Origin: Malacoraja senta | Taxonomy: Eukaryota | Reading direction: 5' to 3' | Assembly: GCA_038087875.1 (NCBI GenBank) | Contig: CM075987.1 | Span: 14,632,001 to 14,696,000 of the forward strand | Length of the DNA stretch: 64,000 bases | In this document: positions 61,244 through 64,000 of the stretch, piece after piece | Layout of the letters: each line of letters opens with the position of its first letter | How positions within the stretch are numbered: the stretch's first letter is position 1 | The notes under the pieces: model-generated | The model's database searches: none | What the model was told of the DNA's origin: nothing | The model's input: only the letters and a program-made list of their open reading frames with translations | Made by a program: the position numbers and the translations under genes

Positions 61244-64000
61244 GCTTCAAGGGCTTGCAAACTCTCCCAGCTTGGCCTCCAATATTTACAACAAAATTCC
61301 ACTTCAATTACATTACAATGTGACTCATGTGGTAAGGAAACTGGGAACAGCATTTTCTGATTATAGATGGTTTAGAATAAATCACTTCAAACTTTTTTTT
61401 GCAGGTCAAAGGGTCACCTTTAACTTGTATCATGTACAATTATAATATATTTTCTATATAGTGTGCTATTTAATATCTATTGGATTGTTAACATGCCCAT
61501 GATATTATAAGTGTGTGAATGGTTATAAAAATCTAGTAGATGCAGAATGTTCTGCCTAATAACATGGGTTAAATGCCTGGGGACATACATTGCAATATCC
61601 ACTATCTTTGCGAATAATCAAAAATTCTCAGTCACATAATGTATTATGTAAACATACATATGGGTTTAACATAGCTCCACATCAATCATACACAACTGCA
61701 AATTCTACTAAATGACACAGATTTTATTACAAAATATCAAATTTTCTTGTAATTGTCCAGCTAATTTTGAAAATTATGTGGTTTGTTCAAACTTAGATAA
61801 TTGAAAATATTTAGACCTGAATATGGTATTGGGTTATCAGAAGAATGCCATTTACTGCAATAAGTTAGTAACAAATTTAGAAGCTGCTAGGTTTTAATCA
61901 CCATTCAAATGCTCAAAAAGTACTTTAATAATCTAGTGAGCTGTACTGTAATAAACTGGGATAATGCACTGCCTATATAATATACATTAGGACAGGATGT
62001 ATAAAGTACAATGTATATGGCATAACTTTCATTGGGACATTTTACTCCCTAATCCACAATGTTATAATATAGTGTGCACTGGGACTGGACCCATAGCACA
62101 GTGTGTATGACACAGGAACAGAATACTCCATGATATAATGTTATCATCTAGTTGCACACTGAGGCATTGCACAGCAGGATTTTACACTAGGTGTGTAATG
62201 TTGAAACATTAACATTACTTACAGTTCTGTAAAACGTTAATTATTTTATTGAATATCCCATTCTTTTGGGCATGAAATTTTAACATACATGGGTGCAGTT
62301 TTTTGATTCTGATTGCATCTTGATTCATATTGTGCAGTTATTTTATGCAAAATTGAAATCGACCTGCATCATTATTTTCACGCTGTCTTAGAGAGTGAGA
62401 GATTCAATGATATTGCTGCATGAGTGATACAGGAAGAATTATTGCTAAATTATTGCCAAAATATATAGCTTTGTGCACAAAGGATTGTCTATGAATTAGA
62501 CCTCTCTTTAACTTGTTTGTACTTAACTGATTGGTTGAATTTCAGATCAGTGTGATATTGACTGTGAGGAATTTAGGCAGCCATTTAGAGTAGCAGTTTT
62601 GAGAGAGTGGTTAGCACCTCTGGTTCACAAGATTGAGGCCTCACAGTTCATTCTCTGAGCACATAATCTAGGATGAAGTCTCTGCATAGAATCTAAATGT
62701 TGCTGTTTATTGAGGGTGCTACTATTTGAATAAGGAATCAGACCTTGCAGGAACATGTCCTTCACTAAATTTATCCCTCAAAAGGAATGGGGGGTTTGTT
62801 AGCACCGTGTTATATGCTGGAGCCCATAGTTCTATAAGAGACTGTAATTTCTCCTAAATCACATATATAAATAGCAAATATGTTTCATGAGCTGTGAGGG
62901 GTTTCTGAATAGTCTGAAGATATAAAAGATTTCATCTGGAAGTCAGAGGATAATAGATGCCCAGTCAATTCTAGTCAGAGAGCCATATAGCATGGAAACA
63001 ACTTGTCCATACCCCATCTGAGCTAGTCCCATTTCCTGCTTTTAGCTCAGATCCCTTTAAACCTTTCCTATCCATATATTTGCCCAAATGTTTTTTTAAA
63101 TATTGTCATTATACCTGCTTCAACTAGTTCCTCTGGTGGCTTGTTCCATATATCCACAACATCCAAAATAGTTGCCCCTCAGGTTCCTATTAAATCTTTC
63201 CTGCACACTCCGATGAATAAATTCCTACCCTGCTCATCCCCTTCCTATAGTTAAGGCCCTCGGGTCTTCGTAAATCTTCGTAAATCTTCTCTGCAATCTT
63301 TCTAGCCTAATGGCATCTTTCCTATAACTGGGTGACCAAAACTGAGCCCGTTTTATATGAATGTTTTTAATCATAGCAGGGAGGTGTACAGCAGCATTTC
63401 CCTTCCCATGACCTTTTCCTTTGTGTATACAGATGTTTGACAGATTCACACAGGGGACACTGTCAGGGTTAATGAGAACTAGCTGGAGAAGCCCTAACCC
63501 TTAAGCGAGGTCCAACAAAAAAAACGTTCAATTTACTTCAGTTTTCCATTTTTAACCTCAAAGCTCATGATTAGAAGCAAACATAACATCATTCTTAAAC
63601 TACATCATTTCCTTAAAGCAAGGGTTCCACAGACAGATTGTTATTTTAAGATGTCACTGAGTCATGGGATTGGCCATTGAGCAGCACCAGACATCTCATT
63701 ACCAACACCACATGCTCTCTCAGAATGTGACCAGAAATACCTGAGAGCCTTTGAATTCTCATCATCTCCCCAAAGGCTAGGCTAAACTCTGGGAATCTTT
63801 CAGTGTTCGCTTCTCCCCCACAACCATAAGATGATCCACACAAGCTAATAATTGGATTCCCTGACTTTTACTGCAACATCAGAACTTAAAATGTGCTGAG
63901 GATATTACAGTTGCATGTTTTTCTCACGAAAGAAAACACTCAATTGAAATGTCACATAAAGAAAATGAAAAAATAATGGGGAGAATGGGTGCGTTGCAAG

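Overview
Vertebrate genomic DNA, most likely an elasmobranch (inferred from HE1-like V-SINEs and abundant CR1, Rex1/Babar and Penelope repeats; species not determinable). Two protein-coding genes lie in tandem on the minus strand, in the same order as at human 9q34. CDK9 is complete: 7 exons, 25285-35769, 372 aa from the ATG matching human Met1. FPGS has exons 1-11 at 1313-16711 and continues off the left edge; it keeps separate mitochondrial and cytosolic ATGs. All exons were read by hand with GT-AG boundaries. The rest is intronic or intergenic and repeat-rich: a decayed Tc1 (DD34E), a young truncated L1 with TSD, CR1 and Rex1/Babar fragments, V-SINEs, a TA-flanked MITE and a 200-N gap. Most notable: (1) more than 10 Penelope-derived ~95-210 nt mini-elements with a minimal hammerhead-ribozyme motif, occurring as TSD-flanked monomers, a 207-nt partial tandem, a circularly permuted unit and fold-backs; (2) an unclassified GC-rich element with bipartite inverted termini just upstream of FPGS, which carries NRF1-like and perfect DR1 motifs and has captured ~450 bp from 2.8 kb away; (3) uORFs, in-frame upstream ATGs and a 3x58-bp hairpin repeat in the two 5' leaders. 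Repeat boundaries without TSDs are approximate, and family names come from motif recognition, not a database search.
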